Positions 25,448 to 37,046 are shown, counted from the whole stretch's first letter. The stretch: 62,230 bases of DNA, filler included, from Nemertoderma westbladi (GCA_032718475.1; 3 parts of 3 records of this genome joined end to end with filler, not necessarily neighbours in it); one strand, 5' to 3'. A program made the numbers and translations. The notes: generated by a model not told the origin, from the letters alone.

Positions 25448-25992
25448 TGTTAGCGAATCAATTCCGCTAGCCACCCACAAGAGTTAGCTTTAAGCAATAT
25501 TGGGAACACGAGGTTGATTGCCAATCAACCTCGTACCACCCCAACTAAATGGGAAGGAGAAACCCCAGAGAACACACACACAATAGGGGTCAGGGGTTAC
25601 ACCTCTGAGAGAGAGGGAACAACAGCAGCGGGGGGGGGGGGACACACCCCCTCCGAGCAGAAGGCGAGAAGTGGGAAATCAGCCAATGGGGGATAGGAGA
25701 GGCATCAGCCAAGTAATAGGGCCAACCCAGTATATTACCGGTTGGTGCTTTCTCATTTATCCAGTTATCTCAGTACAGTCACGGCAGTACGGTGACGTTT
25801 AAGACCGTCACCGCCGTCACCATATTACCGGTTTATTCAGTCATTACGTGCTATCTGCTATTATCTTATCTATACTGTATTTTATATATTCTATTATCAT
25901 CGGAACAATAACGAACCAACAAACTCTTTCACTCACGGCGGGGACGCGTACATAAACCACCAGATAAATCTGGATCCCTGGATCCCGTCACA
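25448..25992 (+). repeat. 3' LTR of copy A (about 545 bp)
   Basis: Starts TGTTAGCG directly after the PPT and ends GATCCCGTCACA. Recognisably similar to the LTR at 36411-37046 at both ends. Confidence 0.7.
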
Positions 25993-26786
25993 CTCGATAT
26001 TTTTCAAGTCTCGATATTTTTCACCATTACCCCACAAACGACTCAATAAGCACCGGGAGAATATCCAAGAATATTGGAAGTCCCTATCTGCCCCTCCTAA
26101 CCCTAACAAACCGAACGTGGTGACCAGCAACCCAGAAGTCATCCTTCTGGAACACTTCGCCCAGTGTCGGAAATATACTGTTACGTGCGTATTAACGTGT
26201 AGTTACGCGGCGTATTCATACCGAAGCCATCCTTATTAATTTACACTGCCACCCCTCAACAAAGTTATTCCAGCATTATACTAAACCATTTTGCTTTGTA
26301 ACTTTATTTACTTTGTAAAATATTAGCGTACCATCAATGGGGATGTTATTTAATTTTATTATTTTATGCGGCCTATTTCAACAACTGCTCACGTAGGGGG
26401 GGGGGGGTGTGGGTGGGGGGGGGATCGAATCCCAAAATTCATGAATTTCAGTTTGGACCCCTTAGACCTCTTCTAATAAGTGAAAAGAACTTTTGGTGCA
26501 AATATCTTTAAAAAATATTAAGAATTAGTAACTCCTTGCTATTTTTGTCAAAATTTGACATTTGCGGGAAATATTGCTACTGTATATTACCAATTTGCGA
26601 TAGAATTACAGAGGTGACTAAAATATATAGATCGTTCAAACATACTTTATAATAACCCTTACATTGATAATTTTGAGTCACATAAGGGCAGCTCAAGTTT
26701 CAATTCATTCTGAGATAAGAGGGTAAGATCTGTTACCGGTACTTAAATTAAGAGTTAAACTTCCCCAGTATAAGTTAGTAAGTTAG

Positions 26787-29635
26787 TATATTAATTATAC
26801 ATTATAAGTTAGTAAGTTCAAGATAAGGCGATACATTGTTGAGAACCCTGATGCCAGCTCAAGAACAGGATATATCGATGGTAGAATGTTATCAAGATCT
26901 GTCATATATATATCATCTATGGTTGGCCATTTCCACAAATCATCCTGACCTTCTTGATTTCGTTGCATATAACGAATCTTAAAGGTATCATTATTATTTA
27001 TCTTTAATATTTCACCAATTGACCAAATATCATGCCAAACTGCCACTATGACTTGACCTTCACTGTATCTAGATCTAGTACATGGTACATCAGTAGTTGA
27101 TAATAACAATTAAGGTTCATGGACTTCCTGTTGACCTTCATAAATGATGGCCATTTCTGCAAGTTCAAGGACATTTCTTAAGTCCTCAACTGCAGCGAAC
27201 AGTCTGCCATGATGGTGATCTCCATAAAGAATGTGTAGATTAGAAACTTTAACTTCAGCAGGAATACCACGTTGTTTAAATAAAGAATGGTCTGTTTTAC
27301 GCTTTTACAGTCATTTTTGGCATTACTTATCAACATTGTCATTATATTGTTAAGTTTTCGTGGATCAGTAGAATTTGCAATGGTATATTTGCTGATGTTG
27401 GAACTAATCCACCAGTTAGAGATTTTATTCTTTCTCGCAGTGCTAAAGTTTTCCATCCAAGGAGAATCTGTTCAGTTTCAAGATCATTACATATTGATTC
27501 TTGCTTTATATTCCTTTTGCATTGCTCTCCACTTAATTTCAAGTTCATTGATCTTTCTTCTATATGCTTTCATTTCTTTGGTCTTCCAATCATGTTTAAA
27601 AGCAAGGTCCAATGACTTAGCAATTACTAACTTAGCTGCTTGATGATCCACCACCCATTTTAATTCTCTGATCGATTTCACCGAACAGATGTTCACATGC
27701 CAGATTATGGATGGGCATTTTATTCAATTTATCGATGGATGGGACTTGAGATCTTACAGGATATGGATTAGCTGCCTGATTGTCACCAAATTCACATAAC
27801 CCACCTCTCTGGCGAGAAAGCACTACTGCACATTCATGAATAACCATATTTAGAATTTCAATGCACAAATCATTCTTACCTGGAGATGCAAGTTCCTTCT
27901 CTATGGCATCAAGACATTTTTCTGGATATGTTGGTTTCAAATGATTGAACACAGTGAATATTTGTTCTTTAACATTTACATTAACTGTGTTAATGAATTT
28001 CATTTCCTGATATAACTGTGGCAGAAGTTCTAGAAGTGACGAATAAGTTGTCTTTTTGGACATTATTGTCAAAATATTTGGTTCATGAAGGAAAACACCA
28101 AGAATCGCGATGGGTAGAAGAAGCAATTATTGTATGACATCATTATTTAAGTACCACAAACTACACAGACTAACTGGTTTCTTACATCATTTACCTCATT
28201 AATATATTTCAAGTAGTCAGGAAAGTGATACATAATAACACTTGCACATGCCGGAAGCTTTCCAAACCACATATGATTTAGAGAAAATGTCATGTTAGTC
28301 TTTCCTTGCCCTTCCAACCAACTGGTGAACTTAAAATATCTTGACCAAGATTTGTGGGAGTATTCAGGACTAAATAGGCGTAAAATAGCCTCAATTGCTT
28401 GAACTACTGCAGGTAAGCTACCTTCATGGCTATCAATTGTGGATATGTCAGCTGGGAGCTTATCCTGACCTATTTTTATTTCAATAAGACGCATTACTTT
28501 CTTAATTCCTTCATCAAACCCAAGTACAGTATGTATAGTACAAAACAGAACTCCTGGTGAATATTCTATACCTAGCTCTCTAGAAACTTCTGCAGCAACC
28601 TGATGATTTGGTGAAGCTAAATCTATCATAGTAGCATCAGCATTGGTCCAGAGCTCAGTTGGGGATGGACTATCATCAGCTAGGCAGCAAAGTCGCTCAA
28701 GTTGTTATAGTAACAGTTTGCAAATATTTTGAGTAGACTAGAGTTTTGAGAAGCTATAGATATATATGGTAACACCCTCAGTTTCTCATCTATTGTTAAA
28801 GGAGCAATTATTATCTTTCTTAATCGTTTCCATGATGTTGATGTTCCATCTATATGCTGGACAACAACATCACCTTTTTCGAGAGCTCTTCCAATTTCCT
28901 TCTCTGTTTGTAAGGCAATAAGTGATCGAGCTTCACGAAGGTAGTGCGTTGATGGCAGACTATCCGAATCCTATACTCTCTTCCGCCTAGTGACAATAAT
29001 CTCCTCCCTTTCATCATGCTCAAGTTCAGTTGGTAACTTAAATGTTTGATCAAATAAGTCATTAGCAATAATTTACAATGCCTGAAGGGCTTGCTTTGGG
29101 CTAAGATCTGCAACAGCCATTAATTTCACTAAGACATTACTAATGTTAGTATTTAAATCCAGCATCATCTTCAGCATCATAGCTAACAGATTGACTGGAG
29201 GGCTATGTAGGTTTTTCTTTTTTTGGAAATTTTTTCAGCAGATTCCAAAACTGCAATATACTGAGGATTAATACTTGTTTCCCTTCTAAGAGATCTTACT
29301 GTACTTTGGTCATTATAAAATTCGTTATCGAATTCTTTTCGATACCTGGGTGGAGTTACAACATCAAAAAGGTCTTTCTCAAGCTTTCTAACTTCTGACT
29401 TTTTGTGGTCACCCAAGAGCCGTTCTTTTTATCTAATTATGTGACTCAACATTTGCTTTATAAGTTTAAGATCTTTAGGACAACAATTACAGGCCACCCA
29501 TATTTTATGTACCTGTGTTGCAGTTTTTGATATAGCATCCTGCTTTGGTACACCAGATTTTGTATAGGAACTATATGACCCAAGGCAGTCGCCAATAGTT
29601 GGAAGCACATGAATATCCAAAGTGTATGTTGTCAT
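26787..29635 (-). pseudogene. Decayed DDE transposase (hAT-related, hATm-like N-terminus) with a C-terminal Tudor-like domain
   Basis: Ordered fragments: VHKIWVACNCCP and KDLFDV..EFYNDQSTVR (hATm-like N-terminus), HIDGT (D1), MIDLAS (D2), FCTIH (CxxH), HNLACEHLFG (E), then EGQVIVAVW..WSIGEILKI..FKIRYM..WKWP..DD. Many frameshifts and stops. Confidence 0.75.
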
Positions 29636-29779
29636 TTTATTGTATATATATGTTATCTAAAACTTCGACAGTTAGTAAAGTTCTCAGCAGAATAAAAACT
29701 TCCAACAGTTGGTTCAAGTTTGAATTATTAGCATTTAGCAGTCACTATAGCATTTGCCTATATAATATATGCTGTAAAA

Positions 29780-31730
29780 ATGTTAGTCCTGAAAAGGACT
29801 GTTTGGGTTTTTGGGACAGTTGTTATCGATAATAACATGCTTGTTTAATGCTATTCTATACACAGGATATTTCCCAGAAGGATGGGCACTCGGGCTTATT
29901 GTTCCACTGTACAATAATAAAGGTTGCAGATTGGATCCGGGAAATTTCAGAGGTATAACATTGTTAAGTATTCTTGGGAAGTTGCTAACTTCGCTAATAA
30001 ACAGCCGACTCACTTGGTGGGCTGGGTGTTTCAGGACTATTATAGAGTCCCAGGCATGATACCGCCCAGGTTATTCCACAATAGATCAGATCTTTATATT
30101 AAATTCGCTTATCGAACACTACGTTTTGAATGATGGGAAGAAATCTCGGCTTTATTGTAGTTTCATAGACTTTAAAAAAGCATTTGATTCGGTGGACATA
30201 AATGCCCTGTGGATTAAATTGATCTCGCTGGGATTTGGTGGTCGCTTGTTCCAGTTAATTAAAAGCATATACTCAAATGTGAAGTGTTGTGTTCGGAAGG
30301 ATGGGATATCAAATGAGTTTACATGCTTGCTGGGCGTGATTCAAGGTGAATGCCTGTCGCCTTTACTGTTTTCACTTTTTCTCAATGATCTCGAGAGTGA
30401 ATTAGAGAGTGGTCAGGTGGCGGGTGTTGTCATGGGATACGTGAAACTCTATTTACTTTTATATGCCGATGACATTGTTCTCTTGGCCAACACACCTCGG
30501 GATCTGCAGTGCACTTTGACATGTCTAGAACATTATTGTGATTATTGGTCCCTCAGAGTAAATCTTTCTAAGTCGAAGGTAATCGTTTTTAGGAAGGGTG
30601 GTTTGGTCTCCAGTCAAGACAGGTGGTTATACAAAGGGGAGGAGCTTGAGGTTGTAAATCACTATACATATCTGGGAATTGAGTTGTCTTCTACTGTCAA
30701 ATTCGCATTAGCGCAGTCTGCGTTGGGTGATCGTGCGAGGAAAGCGCTATTCATGCTGATGCGTTATATTGCATTTTTCCCTAACATAAGTTTTGGAATG
30801 GCAAGAAATCTTTTTAACACTCTTGTAAAACCCATAATGATGTATGGGTGTGAGGTGTGGGGTGTGGGGTTTTCACCAAGCCACGGATATTGAACGAGTA
30901 AGTCTACGATTCATTAAATATTTTCTAGGTGTCAAAATATCAGCCCCTAATTTCGCAGTATATGGTGAAACTGGCATTTTTCCTCAAGACATTGAACGCA
31001 AGATTAGGATAATCAAATATTGGCTGAAAATTTTGAAACTTCCACGATATCGTCTAACCAAGGCATCCTATTTATTTCTTCTGGACGATGTCCTAGTAAG
31101 GAGAGCAACAAATTGGGTTTCTAGAGTGAGGGACCTGTTGAATGCAACAGGATTTTCTGGAGTGTGGAATGCCCAGTTAGTGGAATCTGAAACCTCCTTC
31201 GTCAACAAGTTCAGGTCGAGGTTGCAGGATATTTTCATACAAGAATGGTGGACAGATGTTGAGACATCCCCAAAAGGTACTCTTTATTGTAAAGACTCCT
31301 TTGCCTGTGAGCCCTATTTGGACTGTCTGAAGGGTCATGACTTATTGCGAAGATCAATTTCGCAACTACATTGTTCATCGCATCATCTTGCCATTGAGTC
31401 TGGGAGATGGTACGAGATTCCGAGGAATGACAGAGTATGCCGTTTATGTGGAAACCGTGACATGGTTGAGTCGGAATATCATTTTCTTCTAGTCTGTACG
31501 GCGTATTCAGAAATCCGTGAGAAATACCTTGGTCATCATTTCGCTCTTCATCCATCTCTTTTAAAATTCCAGGACTTATTCCGCAGGACTCGCAGCAGCA
31601 ATGCAACCTGGTCCATCAAACTCGGAATGTACATCATTATGGCATCCAGAACTCGGGAGGCTCGATTGGGAAGTTTTGGGCAGCTGGGGTTGGTATAAGG
31701 TATAAGTGAGAAAAATTAACATTTAATAAA
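29780..31730 (+). mobile_element. 5'-truncated LINE (RTE-X-like): reverse transcriptase and C-terminal Zn-binding region, frameshifted
   Basis: PGNFRGITLLS, FIDFKKAFDSV, GVIQGECLSPLLF, LLLYADD, YLG, then SSHHLAIESGRW..RVCRLC..ESEYHFLLVC. Confidence 0.92.
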
Positions 31731-32024
31731 TACAAATTTAACCGTATAAAACGTGAATTGGATTTGGACTACCTATACTATTAATGGGCTTCCCGAACTG
31801 CAATTAGTAAGTTGAAATATACAGTAGATATATTTTGTTTTAATATGAAGTGTAATATATTAGGTACCGCTAGAAATATGTATCATTTACCCCGCTGCTG
31901 CTATTATGCTATTACGCTGAAATTATTCGCTATTATTCGTTTGTGATATAACTAGAACATTAATTTTTTAAAGTTGTGGTAAATTCTAATAATAATAATA
32001 AAATTAAAAACAAATAATCTAAAT

Positions 32025-33551
32025 GTGGCGGTGAAAGCGAAAAGGTACCTTAAGGTGAAAATGTCGTTTTGATAAAATCGCACTTAAAGAAAAATTAAAT
32101 TTTCAAGTCAAAATTTTCAATTTTTTTATTTTCAATGTGATATATGCAGTTTTTAATGAGGAATCCAAATCTGTTAACGGTATGTTAACAGCTAGCTTAG
32201 TTTTGGAGATAATCAGCTTTGATTGAGAGTAGTCAGAAGTTTTGAAATTTAAATCTCATTCCCGATAGATATTATGTTATTCTATGTAGATTTACTCTTA
32301 TAAATTAATTTATATGCCTTATTATTCCAATAGAAAACTATCTTCCAGTTATTTTCAATATGTTTGCTTGTCAATCGGTCTGTCTGTCCGTCTGTTTGTC
32401 TGTTAATCTGTCAAGTGTTGTCAGTAATTTTATAAATTTTTAGATTTTGGCTCAAAAATTATAATTTTGATGGTATAAGGGTTTTCGAGGTCGTTAAACA
32501 CGATAAAACATCTTAAAAATATTTTTGGCAATACAACCATCATTTTTGGTGCTATTTTTGACCCCAGGACGAAAAGTACAAGTAAAAAATGTCAAATAAA
32601 AAATTGTTGTGTTTCGATTGATAATTCTGAACGTATACGGGTTTTTGAGGTTTGTTGTTCACGTGCTGCTCGAAGTCCCAGACCAGATAACTAGCTACCT
32701 TTATTGTTCACGTGCTGCTCGAAGTCTCAAACTAGATAACTAGCTAGCTTTTTTGTTCACGTGCTGCTCGAAGTCCCAAACTAGATAACTAGCTACCTTA
32801 GTTGTTTACGTGCTGCTCGAAGTCCCAAATTAGACAACCATAGTTACCTTAGTTGTTCATGTGCTGCTCGAAGTCTCAAACTAGATAACTAGCTAGCTTA
32901 CTTGTTCCCGCGCTGCTTGAAGTCCCAGACTAAGCTACCTTAGTTGTTCGCATGCTGCTCGAAGTCTTAAACTAGATAATTATTTAGCTTTGTTGTTCAC
33001 GTGCTGCTCGAAGTCCCATACTAGATAACTAGCTACCCTAGTTGTTCATGTGCTGCTCGGAGTCCCAGACTAGATAAAAACCCAGCATAGTTGTTCACGT
33101 GCTGCTCGAAGTCCCTGCCTTAGATAACCATCCAGCTTAGTTGATCACGTGCTGCTCGAAGTCCCAGGCTAGAAAAAAAAGGCAGCATAGTTGTTCATTA
33201 GTTTGCTAATGTACATTCCTATTACACATTTTGCCCCTCAAGCCTCAACATCACAACACAACAACAGACCCACTCCGATTTAGCAAACTCACTTTCAAGA
33301 TATTTTGTAAGTATTAACTACTACTATTAAAATTAAAATACAACAAAAACTTTAAACGCGATTTACTCATAATAGTATATTTTCCATCTGGTTGTCTTGC
33401 CAATACTTAATTTCTAATAACTCTTTATGTACTCATCCAATCAGGATGATTTATAGCTCATTAGAGAGCTGAGATGTTGTCCAATCACATGCAATATCTA
33501 ACTCAAAAACCTCATTTTCACCTTAAGGTACCTTTTCGCTTTCACTGCCAC
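32025..33551. mobile_element. 1.5-kb non-autonomous DNA transposon with 39-bp TIRs and a 4-bp AAAT TSD (Sola1-like)
   Basis: GTGGCGGTGAAAGCGAAAAGGTACCTTAAGGTGAAAATG ... CATTTTCACCTTAAGGTACCTTTTCGCTTTCACTGCCAC. AAAT lies at 32021-32024 and 33552-33555; an AWWT TSD is characteristic of Sola1. Confidence 0.8.
32652..33197. repeat. 49-bp tandem repeat, about 11 copies, inside the Sola-like element
   Basis: GTTGTTCACGTGCTGCTCGAAGTCCCAAACTAGATAACTAGCTACCTTA, period 49 (32660, 32709, 32758). Confidence 0.95.
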
Positions 33552-34363
33552 AAATACATCACCTGATGAAAATAATGTATATAGAAAACTTTATACATAT
33601 CGATTAGGTTGGGTATCAATAAAATGAGCTACAATCACTGCTCTACAGTATATAGTATGAGAAATGCGTTTTTCATTGGTTACAACATTAACCAATCATT
33701 TTACAAACAATATAGGTGCTGGTGCAAGGACAGAAACTAACATTCATTCTTGTATAGTTCACAGTAGTAGGCATTGTTAGCAAAACAAAATGAATTAAAG
33801 AAAGTTAAGTAGTAGTCCTAGGTATTACTATATACTAATAATAGTAATAGGCCTAATTAAATTTATAATTTAAATTTATAGGCATATTTAAACTAATTAA
33901 TTAACAAATGCGAAATCCAAAAGAAGATCTTTGTCAGAGGTGACAGCACATTTTTCAGTTAATTACTTGATCTTTTTCATCTAATTTTATAAAAAATTAA
34001 CGGAACTATATGAGGCTTAATTAATTATATCCACCTAGCCTTAGTCACAAATCGCATTTTAGTGATTGTTCATCCGAAAAGTACCACATTATTTTATTTT
34101 TTAACTTTATTTTACTTACCTATTTTAATATAATTTGTCCTCCATGTCAGGCTAATCTCTCTTTTTACCACTTCTCATATTTTTATTTATTTTTATTATT
34201 TAACAGCATCTTCGTAACCAGGCATATACTGTACGATAGCCTCGTATAAATTAGTATCTTTTACAGTATTATTCAATTCAATTTAACGGCGTACGTACTA
34301 ATTTTAATATGTAAATTATGTAAACATTTTAAATATTCAATTTTTAAATATTTTAAATATTAT

Positions 34364-34405
34364 ATCACTGACGACGTGTGTTAATACACGAAATGGCCAT
34401 ATGAT
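34364..34405 (+). ncRNA. Minimal type I hammerhead ribozyme motif (Penelope pLTR-type)
   Basis: AUCA-CUGACGA-C-GUGUG UUAA UACAC-GAA-AUGGCCAU-A-UGAU. It has a 4-bp stem I, the conserved core with one extra C after A9, a 5-bp stem II, a palindromic stem III and an AUA cleavage triplet. Confidence 0.65.
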
Positions 34406-35072
34406 CAAATGAAATTGTTTTAATTAGAATCGTGGCTTAGATAGACCCTTATTTCAACACCAATATAACTCAATTGTTTGTTGTGTCGGTTTCTACTGTT
34501 TGTTTGTACGGGTGGAGACGAATTCTAGTTGCTAAGTTTGTACGGGTGGTGACGGATTCTAGTTGCTAAGAGTTTAATGTTGCATTTGAACGTATAAAAT
34601 GTTAATTATAAAATATTGTCAGAGGTCCCAAACTATTTGTTTGTAATTAAATATTTATCACCACTAAATTGGATAAAAAAAAGTATCCATAGCAACCACA
34701 TCCAATACAGTATTGTTTACATTGAAATAACTTTATTCTTTGACTTTAATTTTATATATTTGCGATCACTACAATATTTAAAAAAACAAATATTCTTGTA
34801 TTGTGTCACAATTTTCAGTCTTACTTGGCGGTATAAACTGTCATGTAACCTAAAAAAATAATCTTAAAATCATAATCTAAAAAAATTCGTTAACGTTAAT
34901 TACATTAACAGACAGATTATAATATATATTAGACAATGTAATCATAGTAATACATGTATGACACACCAGTAAGTTTACTCTATATATAGTAAACAACAAT
35001 AATAATAATATACTATACCAGTAATCTAACTAACCAACTTAGTTATATAATTAATATTTTACGTTTGTAGAT

Positions 35073-35861
35073 TCAATGAAGTCTAATCTTCATTTCTATT
35101 GTATCCATCTGAACAAAACCATTGAATGTGTACCAAGTAGGTCCATCCCATCCCACCTCTCCATAGACACCGTTTAGGTTGGACACGGAGCAGCTCCGAT
35201 ACCACCAACTTGCTTTATAGTATTCAGTGCAGGATTTGTCGGACAAATCGTCGTTGTCGCGATCGTATGTGGAGAATTGGGATCCATTGAGGTCCATACG
35301 CCCACCGTAACCCTCAAAAAGTATTGAATCACCAGCAGTACTGCTGTTTTTGTACTGAGATATATATAGAGTGTAATTATTGATTGAACCTCCAATACTA
35401 AAATCCTGGTACTCGGCGTACTTGTGTGTTCCATTACTCCACAGATCCACCCTTAGTATGACACCGCCTTCACTCAATTGGTGAATATTTTCCAGCCCGA
35501 GCCAGAAGTTATTCTCAAGATCTCCGAATCCTGCCACATATTCATCCCAACCTAGGTAGAAATCCTGGGATCCATCTACCCGCCTCTGTATAACTATCCA
35601 CGGCCCACCAGGTACTTTGTTGTCATATCTAATAAAACCATTTAATCCGTTTTTATGCCTGACTATAGGATAAGGAGTGAGTTGTTTCAATATCACTTCA
35701 TCAATCTTTTTGGTTAATTTGTCTTCCAATTCTTTATTGTAGCGGTTTAAATTTTCTTCCAGTTTGACAATCCTACCTATTACTATTTCGTGCAACTCAA
35801 TAATCTTCTGCATCCATTTATTATTGAATTCTTCAATTCCTCCGATATGTTGATCCTCTTC
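35073..35861 (-). CDS. Fibrinogen-related domain protein (ficolin/angiopoietin-like FReD), terminal exon: coiled coil and FBG domain
   Basis: WIVIQRRVDGSQDFYLGWDEYVAGFGDLENNFWLGLENIH, FSTYDRDND, WWYRSCSVSNLNG, EMKIR. Acceptor TTTCAG| before GAA GAG GAT at 35861, phase 0. Confidence 0.93.
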   Translation of the reverse strand, partial: EEDQHIGGIEEFNNKWMQKIIELHEIVIGRIVKLEENLNRYNKELEDKLTKKIDEVILKQLTPYPIVRHKNGLNGFIRYDNKVPGGPWIVIQRRVDGSQDFYLGWDEYVAGFGDLENNFWLGLENIHQLSEGGVILRVDLWSNGTHKYAEYQDFSIGGSINNYTLYISQYKNSSTAGDSILFEGYGGRMDLNGSQFSTYDRDNDDLSDKSCTEYYKASWWYRSCSVSNLNGVYGEVGWDGPTWYTFNGFVQMDTIEMKIRLH

Positions 35862-35929
35862 CTGAAATATAATTATAATGTTGTAGAATAATAATGGTAT
35901 AATACTGAGATAATTAAACACAAGCTTGC

Positions 35930-35996
35930 CAGCCGAGAGCTGGCAATATGGACGGATCCATTGCTATCAATATTGTTGTAATGGGCAAAGTACTGT
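35930..35996 (-). CDS. Predicted internal exon of the FReD gene (67 nt)
   Basis: Acceptor TTGTACAG|, open frame QYFAHYNNIDSNGSVHIASSRL, and GC-type donor CTG|GCAAGC. Phases match both neighbouring exons. Confidence 0.5.
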
Positions 35997-36137
35997 CTGT
36001 ACAACACAATTATTATTTTATTGTTTGTTGTAATGAATTAGGAGCATAAGCAGGGCAGCCTAATACGTAATAACGAATGAGAGCCCGATAGTAGTCAATG
36101 TGGACCAGGCAGCTCTCTCAATTACACTGCTACTTAC

Positions 36138-36240
36138 TGACCTCCACACTGAACCTCCAATAGGATGTTGTCTTGGCAACGATATTCGGGATTGGCTAGC
36201 CAGTATGCTAATAGTATAATGTAGTATAATATTGTAGGGC
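36138..36240 (-). CDS. Predicted upstream exon of the FReD gene encoding a signal-peptide-like segment
   Basis: PTILYYIILLAYWLANPEYRCQDNILLEVQCGG, with a strong donor CA|GTAAGT and acceptor AAAATAG|. No in-frame ATG in this exon. Confidence 0.5.
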
Positions 36241-36410
36241 CTATTTTAAAAAGCACTGTTTGTTAGAAATGTATCTTCTCCTACAATTCTAAACAAAATA
36301 AAACAAAATTTTTCATAAAGCATGTCCAATAGGTGCTCTCTAGGGGGTGTCGACAGAATTTTGATTGGGTGAATTCTACGATTATGATCGGTGATTCTAG
36401 AATTAGTCCG

Positions 36411-37046
36411 TGTACCGGGATCACGGGATCCCGACCGGATTTATATACTACGCGTCACCGTGTTTTACCTTAGAGATTGTTGCTGGTGATATCTAGGCCG
36501 AGGCCGTTGCAGTGAAAACAATAAGGGTTGATTGATGTTTCTTGATATTTGGATAATAGTATCAGTAATAACACAGTAAGAATTGCAGTTAAGCAGCATT
36601 GATATGAGATGGATACAGGTAGATGTATGTGTGTTGGTGACGGTGACGATGACGATGTAAAATATCACCGGTCTGCACTAGACTGATGACTGAGTAACTG
36701 AACCAGTATGGTAATATGCATTGACAATATATGTAATTACTCCTACGCTACTGTGGCCTTTCATCCAGTGGATGCTCTCCCCCGCCCCTATTGGCTGATA
36801 ATCTACTTCACGCCTCTCCCCTCTCTGGGAGTGCTTCTCCCCTGTTGTTGGCCCCTGCTGGTTGTTTCCCCTTTCGAGGTGGATTGACCTCTAACCTCCC
36901 TTTGTGTGGCTTTGGGGTTGTGTTGTCCCCGGTGTTGGATTGTGATACGAGATTGGTTATTGCCAATCTCGTATCTCCAATATTGCTGAAAAGGTGCCAC
37001 TTCCCAACTTTGTGAGGGTAATGCGGCGGAATTGAATCCGCTCACA
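36411..37046 (-). repeat. 3' LTR of copy B (about 636 bp)
   Basis: Minus strand: poly-G PPT, then TGTGAGCGGATTCAATTCCGC ... GATCCCGGTACA. Preceded by the same TGCTATCTTCTCACCGGGAAGATAGCA hairpin as copy A. Confidence 0.7.

Larger units (their letters stand above)
20750..25992 (+). mobile_element. LTR-type retroelement with no visible pol (LARD-like), copy A
   Basis: Purine-rich sense strand, low-complexity gag-like ORF pieces (20856-23113), internal tandem repeats, then PPT GGGGGGGAG and a TG...CA LTR. Shares two blocks with copy B (22230-22840 with 43675-44304; 25250-25447 with 37047-37260). No RT or integrase motifs seen. The 5' boundary is uncertain. Confidence 0.65.

Noticed and set aside
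32652-33197. Constant-plus-variable repeat resembling a CRISPR array
   Set aside because: The variable parts are homologous to each other rather than unique spacers, the context is eukaryotic, and there are no cas genes.
35862-35921. N-terminal MFNYLSIIPLLFYNIIIIFQ of ORF 35073-35921 as a signal peptide
   Set aside because: It begins at a non-ATG codon, is AT-rich and ends in a canonical TTTCAG acceptor, so it is better explained as intron.
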